Shown here one piece after another: positions 23,501-36,526 of a stretch of 64,000 bases of DNA. This stretch comes from Octopus vulgaris (lineage: Eukaryota): assembly GCA_951406725.2 (NCBI GenBank), contig OX597815.1, positions 134,416,001 through 134,480,000 of the forward strand. The letters are read 5' to 3'. Positions within the stretch are counted from its first letter, which is position 1. Each line of letters opens with the position of its first letter. The translations under genes and the position numbers were made by a program. Below the pieces are notes generated by a model. The model was given only the letters and a program-made list of their open reading frames with translations. It was not told where the DNA came from and searched no databases.

Positions 23501-26304
23501 CATGGCTAACCCCCTCAACTGGGAGTGGGGGGAGTAGTATTGAGGGGTTTTGGGTTTTGTGCCAGTTGAGAGATCTGAAGTATAGAGGAAACAGATATAG
23601 GTATTTGATGTAGAGCAGCTTCATGGATAACCCAGCTAGAAAAGAAACGAGTGATTTGGAGAGTAAGATACCGATATTGATAGTGAGAGAGATGATGGCA
23701 GAGTTTTTCTGGCGTTAAGTACATTAAAACATTCTTCCTACCTTCTCTGTAAGACATCAAGTTGTTATTACAAAATTGGTTATCTGTTCTTAAAAAATAG
23801 TGGAACTGAGGTACATAAAAATAAGTGTACTCAAGGTATATATATATATACAATGGATTTGTATTCAGCGCCACTGAACTAGTAATCATAAACTATAAAC
23901 TACTAGTAGTCTTACTTTAGTAATTTTGCAAAGATCACATGCACTGCCTCTTCATTCAGACCTAACTGATAAAAAAAAAATCTCTAAGGAATTAAACTGC
24001 CAAACATCTCATACTCTATGTACTGGATATATGTTATAAAAAATGGAACTGGATATTTCCTCTTCTCAGCAGTAATTATCTTTTGATATGTTTGTTGGGT
24101 TTTATGACTCAGCTCTGCTTTTGATGAACTGTTATTTTAGCTTTTTTGCTCTTATGTTAGTACTTTAATCTATTGTCTAGCAGCACTAAAATCTAAGGCT
24201 TCATTTTGAGTATCTTGAGTAATTCAGCATGGTGGAGCTCATCTCTTTCCTAATTATATGTGATAATTGTCTGACACAGTTTATAATAAAATACACATCA
24301 GTTATCACAGTACTTTCCCTGCATGCAGCAGTGAATTGCTCCTCCATTGTGGTAGCTATTTACTTTTAGATGCCATAGGCAGAGCTGGATTAAGGCCAGC
24401 TCATGCCACTAAGCACAATCCAACAATAATAATCCCTTGGCTCTTCTATTTTCTGACAAGATATTAAGATATATTGGATCTGAAATGATTGATTAAAATT
24501 TCAGTTTCCTTCTAGGCTATCCTCCAGGCCTGACCACACAACACAAGTATATTATATGTACCCTGATCTATTTTTAATTGTATTTATTAAATGCAAAATA
24601 GTAGTAAACAAGATGAGAAAATTTTTTCTTTACAACTAGGATAAAAGGAAAACAAATGGAAATTTTTGACTTTTATTTATTTAAAAAAAATTATAATTCA
24701 CCATTTGCACCAAAATAAATCTGACACTAGAAAAAAAAAAAAAGGAAAATAAGAAACTCTGTGGTGTCCCTTTTTCTTTCTGCCTTAAGCAAGTAATCAT
24801 TCTGTTTAAAGGTCAGTTTGGCTCTAACTATGGACTCAGTAACAAGATATGAACTGTTTAACTATTGTCAGTTATCCACTACCAATTGGCTCAGCCAATC
24901 TTATGTAATGTAAATATAAATGTCTCCTTAGGTTCAAGGGACTTCAAAACATGTAAAGATAACTTAATCATTTCTACTGGGTACCAGTCTATCTTGTCAT
25001 CAAAGTCATCATAGGCCTATTCCTGAGAGACAGTGAGCTGAGACACACAAAATCATACAAGATGCACTTGCATTGAACTCACAGGAATTCCACTCCTTTA
25101 ACCTAGGGCTCTTGTACTGTGTAGATTTCATCATTTCATTTTTAAATAGCTTTATAGGGGGGCATGCAGTCCTTAGTTCCACAATTTAGAATATATTATC
25201 TAAATATATTTCATATAATTCATTGGGGAAGATTTAGCTGTTTCACTGAATTGGTCAGATGACTAAAAATTTAGCTGTCTCATTAACATGGTCAAATGAG
25301 TATGGAGATTTAACTGCCTCATTCAGCAGAGTGACTGATTGGGAAGATTTTAGTTAACCCACTCAATTGATGTAGTGGTCATGCAGAAAATCTAGTTTGA
25401 GCAGATACAAAATAGTTTTAGAACACTTTGTTTGCATTTGTGACAAATAGTGACATTTGATAGACATCACAGAACTAAGGAAATCCACAAATTTTCATAC
25501 TAGTCACGGTCTAGTATTTACACTAATGAACTTCTTCAAAGAGGAATGTTGACCACAGATTACTTTAGCTTTGTGCCTTTAATTCAAAGGAAGATCATCA
25601 TTGTCGTCATCAGTGACATTGTCATTATTATTATTATCATTATTATCAATAATATTAATACGTTAACTTTTTGTTTTTATACGTACCTGTCGTGTGTGTC
25701 ACACTTCATAGCGGTGGCAAAGCGAGAGAGTGGAAGTAAGAGAGAAAGTGAGAGAGAAAGAGAGCGAGTGAAAGAGACAGTATGTGGTGAAGGCGGTCGT
25801 TTTGTGTTTTTAAATGTTTTAGAGAGGACCTAAGAGAGAGAGAGAGTGAAAGAGACAGTGAGTGGTAACGGCGTTCATCGCAAGAGCAGTAGATACATAT
25901 ATACATTGTTAAATCAAAAGCGGGAGAGAAGAGGGACACAAAGGAAGAGAAAGAGAGAGAGTAGATACTTAAATCAGTAGATACTTACACACAGCAAATA
26001 TTGGATGTCAATTTCGCTTTTGAAGACAACTAAAGCAATTCCAGTCAATTTCTCTATTAACCATGAGGTTGAGAAAAAGAAGAGACGATACGAGGACAGA
26101 CAAAACAGACATTGGGGTCAGGGTATCGAATGAGACGAAACGTATGAATAAACAAACAATTAAAATATATACAATTAAATGAGAACGAGTGATTTACAAA
26201 AAATGGAGTGGAGGACGCGGTCGACCCCACAAATCACATACTCACATTGAAGACTTAGCTTTGTCCTTTTTATATTCTCGTTTAGACAGGTTCTTTCACT
26301 CACA

Positions 26305-27005
26305 ACATACCTGCTATAGACTTCCATCTTTTACAAAACACACTTTGCGACTGGTATTTCTTCTCCAGCCTTATTTTCTGTTTCATGTGGAAAACGAAAA
26401 AGTCGATTAGCTCGAGACTGGAGATGAACATGCCTGTTGCAATTCCTTTCACTCTCGTCTTCCATACTACTTTTTTTTCCACAACAACTACCGAGAGAAA
26501 ACAGGCTCGCTCCTCCCTATTCAGGGTGGTCGGCGGAACGATCTAAATTACAGATTTGCTCAACAGTTGTACTCTTCTCAAATGTGACAGCAGGTTTTCG
26601 ACATAAGCCCAGAGCTCAGTCACCTTGGGGCATTGCACAATCGCGTGCAGGACAGTTTCACTGTCCTGCTCGCATCTTGCACAAACCGGCGAAGGCACAC
26701 ACCCATGTCTAAAGAGCTTATCTCGAACCGGTAAAGCTCCTCTGTAACATTGCCAGGCCAGGAACTTTTGGTAATTATCCATAGGCCCCCATCCCGAATA
26801 TTCTTTGGAACAGGTTGGCCAGTTGATCTTTGTCGAAGCCTAGGGTTTCTCCCAGGACGTCGTTACACTTGAACTCTACTAACCCTCTAGAGAACGAGGT
26901 AGTACCCTCGTCACTAGCGTTGCCCATCTGGGAGAGAAGCACGAGTGCCTAATGGCACTCTGCTTGCAAGTATGGCATTCTGCATGCAAGTGGGAACCTC
27001 GGCCC
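26305..27005 (-). mobile_element. Tx1-clade LINE ORF2 C-terminal fragment (diverged relative of 31478-36759)
   Basis: DVLGETLGFDKDQLANLF, DNYQKFLAWQCYRGALPVRDKL..CARCEQDSETVLHAIVQC, KIRLEK..KRWK align to ORF2 at ~35830-36500. Confidence 0.88.
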
Positions 27006-27009
27006 TCAC

Positions 27010-27470
27010 CAAATGTAAAGGCAGCTTGAATGCTGAGTGCGCCGTCCTACCTCCCGGCAATAACATATCAGCGATTCCCGAGGAAGTAACGCCTAGCGCA
27101 GTTTGTTTCTCGCGACGAATCTTAGCAAGTATTAATTGTGTTACATAGGATTTGTCGGTACCTCTAGCAGCATCGAGGAAAAAATGCCGCTTGTCTGTTT
27201 TTCAACGGCACTGACGACAGTTTCGTACACCAGCCTCTGATCAGGGAGCAATTTCGGCTCATTTACTCTCAGGCACTCCGCAAACGATAACTCCAGAAGT
27301 AACTTTGGTGGGAGTGTATTAACGTCCTGTCTCAATGGGGATAGCAAACCGAATGTGTTCAACGCCGCCCCACCCATTTTGAGCAGGGCATTCTCAATTT
27401 CAATCAGCGCATTATTGTAGATCAGGTCATTGTATCCATTGTCAGCATTAGGGCACTGTTGCTTTGCCAG
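27010..27470 (-). mobile_element. Helitron RepHel PIF1-like helicase fragment
   Basis: YNNALIEIENALLKMGG..L..FGL, DQRLVYETV, F(F)LDAARGTDKS (decayed Walker A), GVTSSGIADMLLPGGRTAHSAFKLPL. Confidence 0.88.
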
Positions 27471-27479
27471 TCATCATTT

Positions 27480-28608
27480 ACCTTGACCACCGAGAAAGCA
27501 AAATTATGTACAGAATTTCATAAACAGAAATGAATGGGAAAATGGTTGGTAAATTTTTAGATTAACACTTGCACGATTTTCACTAAGAAAAACAAATTGG
27601 ATTTTTTGCGTGGAATCAACTACCCTGGCCTCCTAATATGCTACAAAACCCTTTTAGTAGTCCTAAAAACGGGGTGTGGTGTGGTGGAAGCCTCGGAAAC
27701 CTCCCCCTCCCCCATTGATCTTTTCACCATCTATTTTTCAATGTACGTGGAAAAATACGGAGATGAATATGGAAAACATTTGTTTTTAATCTCAAATTTA
27801 CCATGAAATACTCCAGGCAAATTTTTATATAACACTCGCACGATCGGAATTTTTACATGGAATCAACTACCCTGGCCTTCTAAAATGCTACAAAACCCTT
27901 TTTGTGGTCCGAGAAACGGGGAGGGATGTGGTGGAGCCTCGGAAATTTTACCCATTTATATTGTGTAATTCACTGACAAATTGTTACCTCCCTCATTGTT
28001 TCTATGTTGTTAAATAAATGGATTCTCAACAAAACACTTTTTTCCTCGGCGTAAAATAAAGACAAAACTCCTTCGCGCCCAAAGTAATGTGTATGTGAGG
28101 GGAGGGGGAAGAAAGCTGAACGATTTAAAATAAATAAATGATTTAAAATAGATATATTTTAATTGTTGTGTGAGAAAGTATATATAACCTGATTATAAAA
28201 TACAGTGTCTTTCAAAAACACCCCAAATTTGAATACTATATCTCGTATTTAAGAAAAAAGAACATTTTACATTTTTAGTTTTGGTGAACGCTGTCACTTA
28301 CCCTCTCTCCCTCACACACATACATCAACACAACTTCTCCCCCTCCCCCCCCCACACACACAGCTTCACTTCTCTATGGCAAGAAGGGTCTTAACTCATG
28401 TTAGCAAACTTCGAAATTGGTAAAAGTTAAGGTTGAAAATCGATTTTTACCGCTACCCGCGGGTGCCTCGGGGAAAATAATTTGACGAAAATACAGCTGG
28501 GATCGTGACGAATGTCCTCCTAAAATTGGAGCGACATGCGTGCCAAATTGTGGACGTGCATAAATTACGTTCACGTACACACACATATCCTGCCTTTTAT
28601 ATATACAG

Positions 28609-28609
<1 letters not shown>
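27480..28609 (-). mobile_element. Helitron 5' non-coding arm with ~100-bp direct repeat
   Basis: Minus strand starts A|TCTGTATATATAAAAG at 28609; direct repeats ~27598-27698 and ~27845-27944; collinear with the helicase fragment. Confidence 0.55.

Positions 28610-28610
<1 letters not shown>

Positions 28611-28671
<61 letters not shown>
28611..28671. repeat. (CA)n microsatellite
   Basis: direct reading. Confidence 0.95.
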
Positions 28672-28673
<2 letters not shown>

Positions 28674-28954
28674 AGCAGCTGCAACTTTCTAAGTATCCTA
28701 TGGTATGTTGAAAACTTTCCAAACACGCTCCAAACGCTTTAGTATACAGTGATGCATGTATGTGTATACGTATGCAATAGAGTTATTTACGTACATAAAA
28801 TTACTCATATCCACCCACGTCTAAATGATAACGGGTTGGAAGAAAATAGAAGAAACAACTGTTACCTGAAAGCTTTCAAAACATGATAGACATACAAATA
28901 ACAAGTGCCTAAAACATCTTGTTATAGTGTATATTATTTAACGATCACAAATTG

Positions 28955-29320
28955 ATCGGATCTTTTCGATTTGGACGGCAGTTTTTTTTTTAATAATTTC
29001 CACGTAACTAAACACTTTTAAACTTCGTTTACTGGTAGAATGTGTTTATAAAACATCTTTTTCTCTTGGCTTTATTGAGAAAATTCTATAGTTTGTAAGA
29101 TATTTGTTGTTTTTTCTCTTCAATTTCTGCAATTTCAACCAATCAATGACGTCTATTGAGGCGAAAAACATTATGTGCCGTATGAATATGTCCCTCGTTT
29201 AAGAAACAGATTGGATTTATTTACATTTCTGAAGAAAAGAAGATACCCTACCCCCACTCCTAACCATAACCCTAACCCTACCCCTAAAACAGATTGAAAT
29301 GCAATAGATCGATACTTCCG
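28955..29320. repeat. Unclassified interspersed repeat with short telomere-like CCCTAA units
   Basis: CCTAACCATAACCCTAACCCTACCCCTAA at ~29258-29287; non-coding; termini not resolved. Confidence 0.4.
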
Positions 29321-29524
29321 TTGTTATCCTCATTGACTCGTAATTACTTTCTCTCTATATATATACAGATATGTGTGTATATGTATGTGTATGTATATAT
29401 ATGTGTGTATATATATATGTATGTGATCACCGTGACCGACCAGGCTATCAGATGTTGCTACACATCGCTTCGCATTGTTTTAGCCTTCAAATGACGCCGC
29501 CCCGCTTAGCCATTTTCAAAGGTA

Positions 29525-29835
29525 CGTGTGTACCTTTATGATGGTACACACGTTTGTCCCTCTGTCCCAAACAACAATATCCGGTCTATTATGCTTACAT
29601 TTGACAGAAGTTTTGATGGGAATATTCCACCAGTATTCCTTGAGTTGGCTTTTATGAATGTATTCCATAACAGGGATTTTCTAAATTTATTTCAGGACAG
29701 TCTTTTTTGCGGATGGCATTGTAAATTGTTTTAGTAACAACATCGTGCCGCATAGGGAGGTAGTACCATGACGACATTTTAGGACAGCTGCTAATCACAT
29801 GCGTAATGTCTTCCACAGAAACATGACGTAGCTTA
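29525..29835 (-). mobile_element. R4/Dong-like (RLE) LINE fragment: CCHC knuckle and PD..D endonuclease
   Basis: CKLRHVSVEDITHVISSCPKM..YLPMRHDVV, then (frameshifted) EYWWNIPIKTSVKCKHNRPDIVVWDR. Confidence 0.8.
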
Positions 29836-29927
29836 CACATACATACATACATACATGTATGTATGTATGTATGTATGTATGTATGTATGTATGTATGTAT
29901 GTATGTATGTATGTATGTATGTACGTA

Positions 29928-29999
<72 letters not shown>

Positions 30000-30184
30000 T
30001 GTATGTATACATGCAGATTTGTATGCTTTGTTTTATGTATGTCTTCTCATGCATATACCTGCATTTCTAGAAATGCTCATATATAATTAAATGATAAATT
30101 CTGGAAAGTTTTATGTATGTATGTATGTATGTATGTATGTATGTATGTATGTATGTATGTATGTATGTATGTATGTATGTATGT
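29836..30184. repeat. Compound (TATG)n/(CACG)n microsatellites
   Basis: direct reading; arrays at 29836-30005 and 30112-30184. Confidence 0.95.
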
Positions 30185-31250
30185 TCTTATCTATTTTCAA
30201 TGTGTTGAAGTCTTGCCGCAAGGAGGAGACTGGTTTCTACCAAACACACAAAATAACAGAAACGAATTCATATTTTGAACTTTGGAAAAGTTTTGCATAT
30301 TTTTACTGTTCCGCTTATAGCTTGTATTTGTAATGTACAAGTTCGCTGGTTGATTACTCTTTCTGAAAACCTTTGCCTTTTCAGATTGTCACGTAAGCAT
30401 TTACTCACAAAATCAAGTGTACCATTTATTAATGGTATAAATGTGAATTTATAAATGGGTGTAGAAGCTGTAAGTTTCAAAGCAATTGTTAATAGGGAAG
30501 CTTTTTTCTTTTATTTTCCAAGAGATAGGCGCAGGAGTGGCTGTGTGGTAAGTAGCTTGCTTCCCAAACACATAGTTCCAGGTTCAGTCCCACTGCGTGG
30601 CACCTGGGGCAAGTGTCTTCTACTATAGCCTCGGGCCGACCAAAGCCTTGTGAATTGATTTGGTAGTAGATGGAAACTGAAAGAAGCCCTTCGTATATAT
30701 GCATATATGTGTGTGTGTGTATGTGTGTCTGTATTTGTTCCCCCAACATCGCTTGATAACCGATGCTGGTGTGTTTACGTCCCCGTCACTCAGCGGTTCG
30801 GCAAAAGAGACCGATAGAATAAGTACTAGGCTTACAAAGAATAAGTCCTGGGGTCGATTTCCTCGACTAAAGGTGGTGCTCCAGCATGGCCGCAGTCAAA
30901 TGACTGAAACAAGTAAAAGAGTAAAGAGAGTCCATCAGCAAAGCAACTACCTCTGTCACTGTACATACTTTTCCTTGTCTATCCCAAACAACGATATTTG
31001 ACCACTTATGTTTGAACTTGGTTGAAGTTTTGATGGAAATGTCTCATCAATTTTCCGAGTGTTCATGTTTATGTATGTATTTAATAACTGAAGGGTTCTC
31101 GATATTTATACCAAGACTTTTTTTTTCGGACAGTATTGATTATTGTTTCCGCATTGGGCTGTATTGCTCTGTTGATGTTTTGGGTTTGCTGTTGATCACA
31201 TATGTGATGTTTTCCCCAAAAATGTTAATGTAGGAGATCGCTCAGCCATA
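30185..31250 (-). mobile_element. R4/Dong-like LINE 3' end, interrupted by a SINE, ending in (ACAT)n
   Basis: ISIKTSTKFKHKWSNIVVWDRQGKVCTVTEV (~31050-30940), then NLQLL..YKFTFIPLINGTLD...QAISGTVKICKTFPKFKI* and a short 3'UTR running into ACATACAT; left boundary firm, right boundary approximate. Confidence 0.75.
30527..30930 (+). mobile_element. SINE family A, full length, CpG-intact
   Basis: GGCGCAGGAGTGGCTGTGTGGTAAG head through GACTGAAACAAGTAAAAGAG tail. Confidence 0.92.
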
Positions 31251-31680
31251 CCTACCTGAAATTCGAAACCGAATCCACTCACATGTTGCTTGTTAGACGA
31301 ATATCTGATCGTATGTATTTTATCTCCATAATAGGAGATTAATGAGAAACACCTGACCTTCTGGTACTTTTGATGGTCATAGAAGGGACAGTCTATTGTT
31401 TTAGGTTTAGCCTATTTCCTGGCCATACTCTATATAACTGAGGGCATCCGTCTCTTGCTATCTTCGGTTGGCAAACCCTCTTCGTTTCATAACCTTTCTC
31501 ATTATTGCTTTCTTTTTCCGTTTGCGTTGTGAGAAAATTGCTGCCTCCATTTAAGAGAGTCGAAGTTGTGATATTATTGTTTGTACTAACTGCTTTGAAC
31601 AGTGCCCGTTGCAAAACGGTAATTTTCGCCCTACGGGGCAGAAAATTTTGTATTACTTGAATTTCGTTACCTTCGAGGTG

Positions 31681-33105
31681 ATGGAGTTCGACTTGACGTC
31701 GAAGGACGATTTTCCCGTGATGGGAAAAAGTGAAACCATGGAAAATCAAGTACCCAAACAGTCATTCTCGGCCGCGGTGGGCGGCGCTATGATAGAGGTC
31801 GAATTTAAGATCGAACAGCTATACGAATACAGGAATCTTGTAAAGGTGGAAGGAGGTGAGATAAGGCTTGTACCGCCGCAAGCGAAAGTACAAGAAATCA
31901 AGGAAAGAATTGTGATTTATAAAGTGTACAGCTTTAAAGAAAAAAAGATTATGGATGTGAAAAATGAAATTGTCGAGAAGTGCCTGTCCCCGGTGTGGGA
32001 CAGAATTCGTCACATCGCGAGAGGTGCACGCAGTGCTACGGTCGAGGCGCACTTTGACACGGCAGAGGTGGCGAAAGAGGTGTCGTCGTTAACCCTAAAA
32101 AGCGACGACATCATGTTGCTACCCTCGTATATGGGGAAGCGAACTGCAAAGTTAGTGGTAGAAGACATACCCAGAGGGTACGACATCATGTGGGTGGCAG
32201 CGGCGGTCCTGCACAACATGGAACGTGAAATATCAATACTGCAAATGAGAAGGAAGGAGGTGGTACGGTGGAAGGGTCAGACTTTGGAACTCCTCGTACA
32301 GGCAGAGAACAAGATCTTGGAGAGCCTGCCTGACAGAATATTCAATGAGGACGGTACGTCCATGAGAGTTTCGGTAGAGGGACGTAGACCCAGATGCTTC
32401 AAGTGTGGAGAGAAGGGTCACGTCCGATCCAACTGTATTAAGAAAAAAAGAACAGAAGAAACGCCTCCTCCAAGTGCACCTGTCACTGAAGGGGAGGAAA
32501 CAAGCAAAAACAACAAAATGAAGAAGACAAGTACGGAAACAAAAACAGATCAAATAGAACTAATGGACTACACACAAGTCACTCACAAAAGGAAAAAAGA
32601 GAATACCCAGGACTCCCCTCCCCAAACAAGGAAAAAAACAACAAACACAGCAGACACACACATCAAGCAAATCCCCCAACCCTACCCCCATGGCACTGTT
32701 TTCATTGGAAAACAGTTTGCCAAACCCCTCCCCATAAATCAAGACATAAAAAAGTGCATACTGAAAAACGAAAGAATAATAGCTTTCGATGAGAAAAATG
32801 AGAAAGTTTACAAATGCTGCAAACTTTCGAGATTTACACTGTATAGTAGAACCTCAGATGGGAAAGCAACCGCTCGCTTCGCGAAGGTAGGGGAGAACGA
32901 GTGGAAGGAGGAGGTTATTCAGGAACACCTGAGGAACCGTCTATTAAGAGATGTGACCAAGGAGGTAATGGAGGGCAAACTGGCAATAACTCCGGCAACC
33001 ACACCCACCCAGAGCCCAGTGGCAACGCCGGTCAAGAGCCCTGCAGCAACGGAAGAAAGGGAAGCAGGCAGATTGAAACTGTCATGCTCCCTTTCGCAAC
33101 CGTGA
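31681..33105 (+). CDS. LINE ORF1 (gag-like, CCHC zinc knuckle)
   Basis: Open frame; CFKCGEKGHVRSNC followed by a low-complexity K/T/P-rich region; first ATG at 31681. Confidence 0.88.
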   Translation: MEFDLTSKDDFPVMGKSETMENQVPKQSFSAAVGGAMIEVEFKIEQLYEYRNLVKVEGGEIRLVPPQAKVQEIKERIVIYKVYSFKEKKIMDVKNEIVEKCLSPVWDRIRHIARGARSATVEAHFDTAEVAKEVSSLTLKSDDIMLLPSYMGKRTAKLVVEDIPRGYDIMWVAAAVLHNMEREISILQMRRKEVVRWKGQTLELLVQAENKILESLPDRIFNEDGTSMRVSVEGRRPRCFKCGEKGHVRSNCIKKKRTEETPPPSAPVTEGEETSKNNKMKKTSTETKTDQIELMDYTQVTHKRKKENTQDSPPQTRKKTTNTADTHIKQIPQPYPHGTVFIGKQFAKPLPINQDIKKCILKNERIIAFDEKNEKVYKCCKLSRFTLYSRTSDGKATARFAKVGENEWKEEVIQEHLRNRLLRDVTKEVMEGKLAITPATTPTQSPVATPVKSPAATEEREAGRLKLSCSLSQP

Positions 33106-33135
33106 GTACATTCATTTTTCTCTCTCTCGCCCACA

Positions 33136-36100
33136 ATGGCTAAGCTGGGTTGTATAAATGTACGTGGAATGGGGTCGAAACGGAAACAAATTTGTTTCCT
33201 GAACGACCTCACGACACACGGTATAGATATTGCTATTGCAACCGAGTCCAAGATGAGCGAGACCCAAGCGTTCTCGCCTCTTCTAAATGGTTTCGAGAAA
33301 TTTATTTCTCCTAGCCGAGGAAGAGGCAGAGGCGTGGCAGTCTTCATCAGGAAGAGCTTGGACCTGCAGGTAAGTACTGTCTTTCTGGACCCAGAAGGCA
33401 GGCTGGTTGTCCTGGATGTGACTCACGTAAGTAAACAGTCCTTCAGGTTGGGAGCTGTCTACGCCCCGAACGAGGGTAGACAGACGGGTTTTTTTCGGAA
33501 CCTGGAGCCCTTTCTAGCGACGTCGAAAACAGTAATCCTAGTAGGGGACTTTAACACTGTCCTTGAAGCGCACATCGACAATGTTGGCTCAACCAATAGG
33601 AAGGGGAACCCTAGCCTCAAGGGTCTACTAGAGAGCTTTGATCTAGTGGACCGTTACCGACTGGATGAGCCGAGCGTTCCACAGTGGACGTGGAGTAACA
33701 ACGACGGCTCACACAGATCGTATCTAGATAGGATATTTATTAAGAAAAGAGATAAGGATACGTTTAGTTGTCCACAATTTCATATTGTACCTTACTCGGA
33801 TCACAAGTTTGTGACGTGTGAGGTGCAATTAGACAAGTGTCATAGACAGGGACCCGGGTACTGGAAGCTGAACAAGGCTATTTTGAATTGTGAAGACTTC
33901 CGTACCCGGATTAAGGTGTTAGTTCAGAGGGCATTGTGTGGCACCATCATTAACAATAGATGGTGGCACGCCCTCAAAAGAGCCATCCGTTTAGAGTCCG
34001 TCAGATTTAGCAATCAGCTAAGGATAGATAGGGCTAGTCTAGAGGGCGATTTAGTTAAGAATCTAGACGAGGCAATGGAAGCTGGCTCTGCATCCGGAGT
34101 GTTGGCGGCAAGGACGGTATTGTACCGTCACCTTAACTCCAAACACGAAGGTTGCAGAGTCAGAGCTAAGCTGCGCGCTGGAAAACGAGAAGGTATTAAC
34201 GTGGCCGGATGGGCCCGTCGTGTGGAGAGTAAGAGAGGCAATAGAGCCTCAATCAAATCTTTGACTGACGAACAGGGACTAAAGATCTATGGACAGGAGG
34301 AGATGCAAAAGTTTCTTCACCAGCATTTCGCTCGCGTGTTCGGGGGTGGTGGTTCGCTGGATCGGGGGAGGGCCTTAAAGGACTTCCTGGCCGGCGGACC
34401 GCGGCTCGCGGGGCGTGAGGTGGAGTGCTGTGAAGGAGCGATCACTCCCGCGGAGATAAAGGAGATACTGGCCGGATGCGCCGGGGAGAAGTCGCCGGGG
34501 TTGGATGGTCTGCCCTACGAGTTTTACCAAAGTATGCCGGACTTGTTCGGGGGAATACTGGCAGGCGTCTACACGAACTGGCAGCAAAATGGGAGAATTC
34601 CCAGTTCTGTAAGCCGGGGAGTGGTGACGCTAATCCAGAAAGACCCGAGCAAGGGGGATAATATTAGTAACTACAGGCCCATAACTCTACTTAATGTAGA
34701 GTTAAAGATTCTGGCCAAGGTGTTAGCAAAAAGGTTGACGGTTGTCGTGGAGAAACTTGTAGGGAGAGCACAGACATGTGCAATTCCAGGCAGGTCGATC
34801 CAGGACAATCTTCACCTTATACGCTACACCTTAGATAGGGTGGGTAAATTAGCCGGCAAAGGCGGGGTAATGGTTCCATTTAGACCAAAGTAAAGCCTTC
34901 GATAGGGTAGACCACGGGTACCTGGCGACGGTCCTCGAAGCGACTGGGCTGGGCCCTGAATTTCGCGGGTGGATCTCCGCTATGTATAGCGGCATCAAGT
35001 CCACCGTCCAGATAAACGGTTACCTAACGGAACCGTTTTCGATCAAGTGTTCAGTGCGTCAGGGGTGCCCCTTGTCACCACTTTTGTACGTATTGGCTCT
35101 TGAGCCACTGCTGCGAAAGTTGGAGAGGCTGGGGAGTAACTCGGATGAAATCGGAGGTGGGAGGACGGTTACTGCTTATGCGGACGACGTCACCCTCATC
35201 GTGTCCAAAGAGGCCCAACTACCTTGTGTGGAGGAGGCTATCAGAGGATACGAGGCGGTGGCAGGAGCAAAGGTTAACAAGGACAAATCGGTTGGCTTGC
35301 GCCTCGGCACCTGGAGGAGCAAGCCGATATCGTCCAGTGTCGTGGGACACTGGACGGATGGCCCTGTTAAGTTGCTGGGAGTTTGGTTTGGACCAGACTC
35401 CCAAACGGAGAAGAACTGGAGTGAGGTGACGAGCAAGGTGGAGGCCATAGTACGGACCTGGTCCGGAAGGTCTCTGTCCTTGAAAGGAAAGGCGGAGGTG
35501 GTGCAGATGTTCATTGCATCTGTAATCACCTACCGCCTGACCGTTGTCCCTTGCCCCGATTCATGGCTTAACAAGTTGGAACGAATCCTTTTCCGCTTTT
35601 TGTGGAAAGGAGGAAAGCCACTTGTGAGACGCTCCGTTTGCTGCCAAGAACCGTTAAAGGGTGGGTTAGGGATGCCTTGGTTGATGATGCGCAGACATGC
35701 GTTGAGGCTAAGGCACCTCTGGCACCACCTGGAGGGTGATAAGGTGTGGAGTCCGCTGGCAGAGGGATTTTTCCCGAGACCGGCCTCCTTAGTGAATTTT
35801 AAACCCGGTTACATCAAAAGATGGAAACTGACTCCATGGCAAAAGGAGTGCCGACAGGCACTCACGCTGATCCACAGGACGGGCAAGGCCGGCTGCGGAA
35901 ATACCACCTCGGTATTTTATAGAGGGCTGGTGGAGGCAAAAAATGACGACGTCCTAGGAGGGGCTCTGGGGTTTGATGAAGACCAGCTCGCCAACCTGTT
36001 TAAAAAAACTTTCAGGTCGGGGTATTTGGATAATTTCCAAAGATCCCTGGCCTGGCAGTGCTACAGGAATGCTTTACCTGTTCGCGAGAAGTTATCGCGG

Positions 36101-36526
36101 CACGGAGTTCCAGTGCCACCGACGTGTCCAAGGTGCGAGTTGGACGATGAAACCGTCCAGCACGCTTTTGTTCACTGTCGGAAGTTGTCCGACTTGATAA
36201 GTTACGCAGAACACGTGTTATCGCATCTGGGACGAGTACAGCTGTCGGCTGAGTCTATGATTAAGATGATACCGCCAACTGGACTCTCGAAGGAAGGTGA
36301 GGCATGTTTTCACTGCACGGTTGCAGTGGTAAAGGAATGCATGTGGAGAACGAGAATGGAAGGAGCCGCGATAGGGTCCTTTGTCTCCGGCCCCAGCTTG
36401 CTCACTTACTTCAGATATCATCTGAAGAGCAAAATGGGGCTGGAAAAGAGGACCTTACCGCGGGGTGTGTACGAGAAAAGATGGAAGGAAGTGGAAAGAA
36501 AGGTGGGTGTGAGAAACCCAGCTTGA
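33136..36526 (+). pseudogene. LINE ORF2 (APE endonuclease, RT, C-terminal Zn finger) with a single 1-nt insertion at ~34875
   Basis: INVRG, GDFN, YLDRIF, SDH; KSPGLDGLP, YRPITLLN; removing one base restores HLDQSKAFDRVDH and joins to VRQGCPLSPLLY, YADD, CPRC..ETVQHAFVHC. Confidence 0.93.

Noticed and set aside
29258-29287. Telomere or fusion site
   Set aside because: Only 3-4 degenerate CCCTAA units inside a dispersed repeat
29795-30333. ORFs of YVCM/HART/CVRA repeats (and YI repeats at 46-48 kb)
   Set aside because: Translations of microsatellites
31440-31477. Tx1 target as a snRNA/tRNA/miRNA gene
   Set aside because: The rejoined empty site matches no RNA gene I recognise
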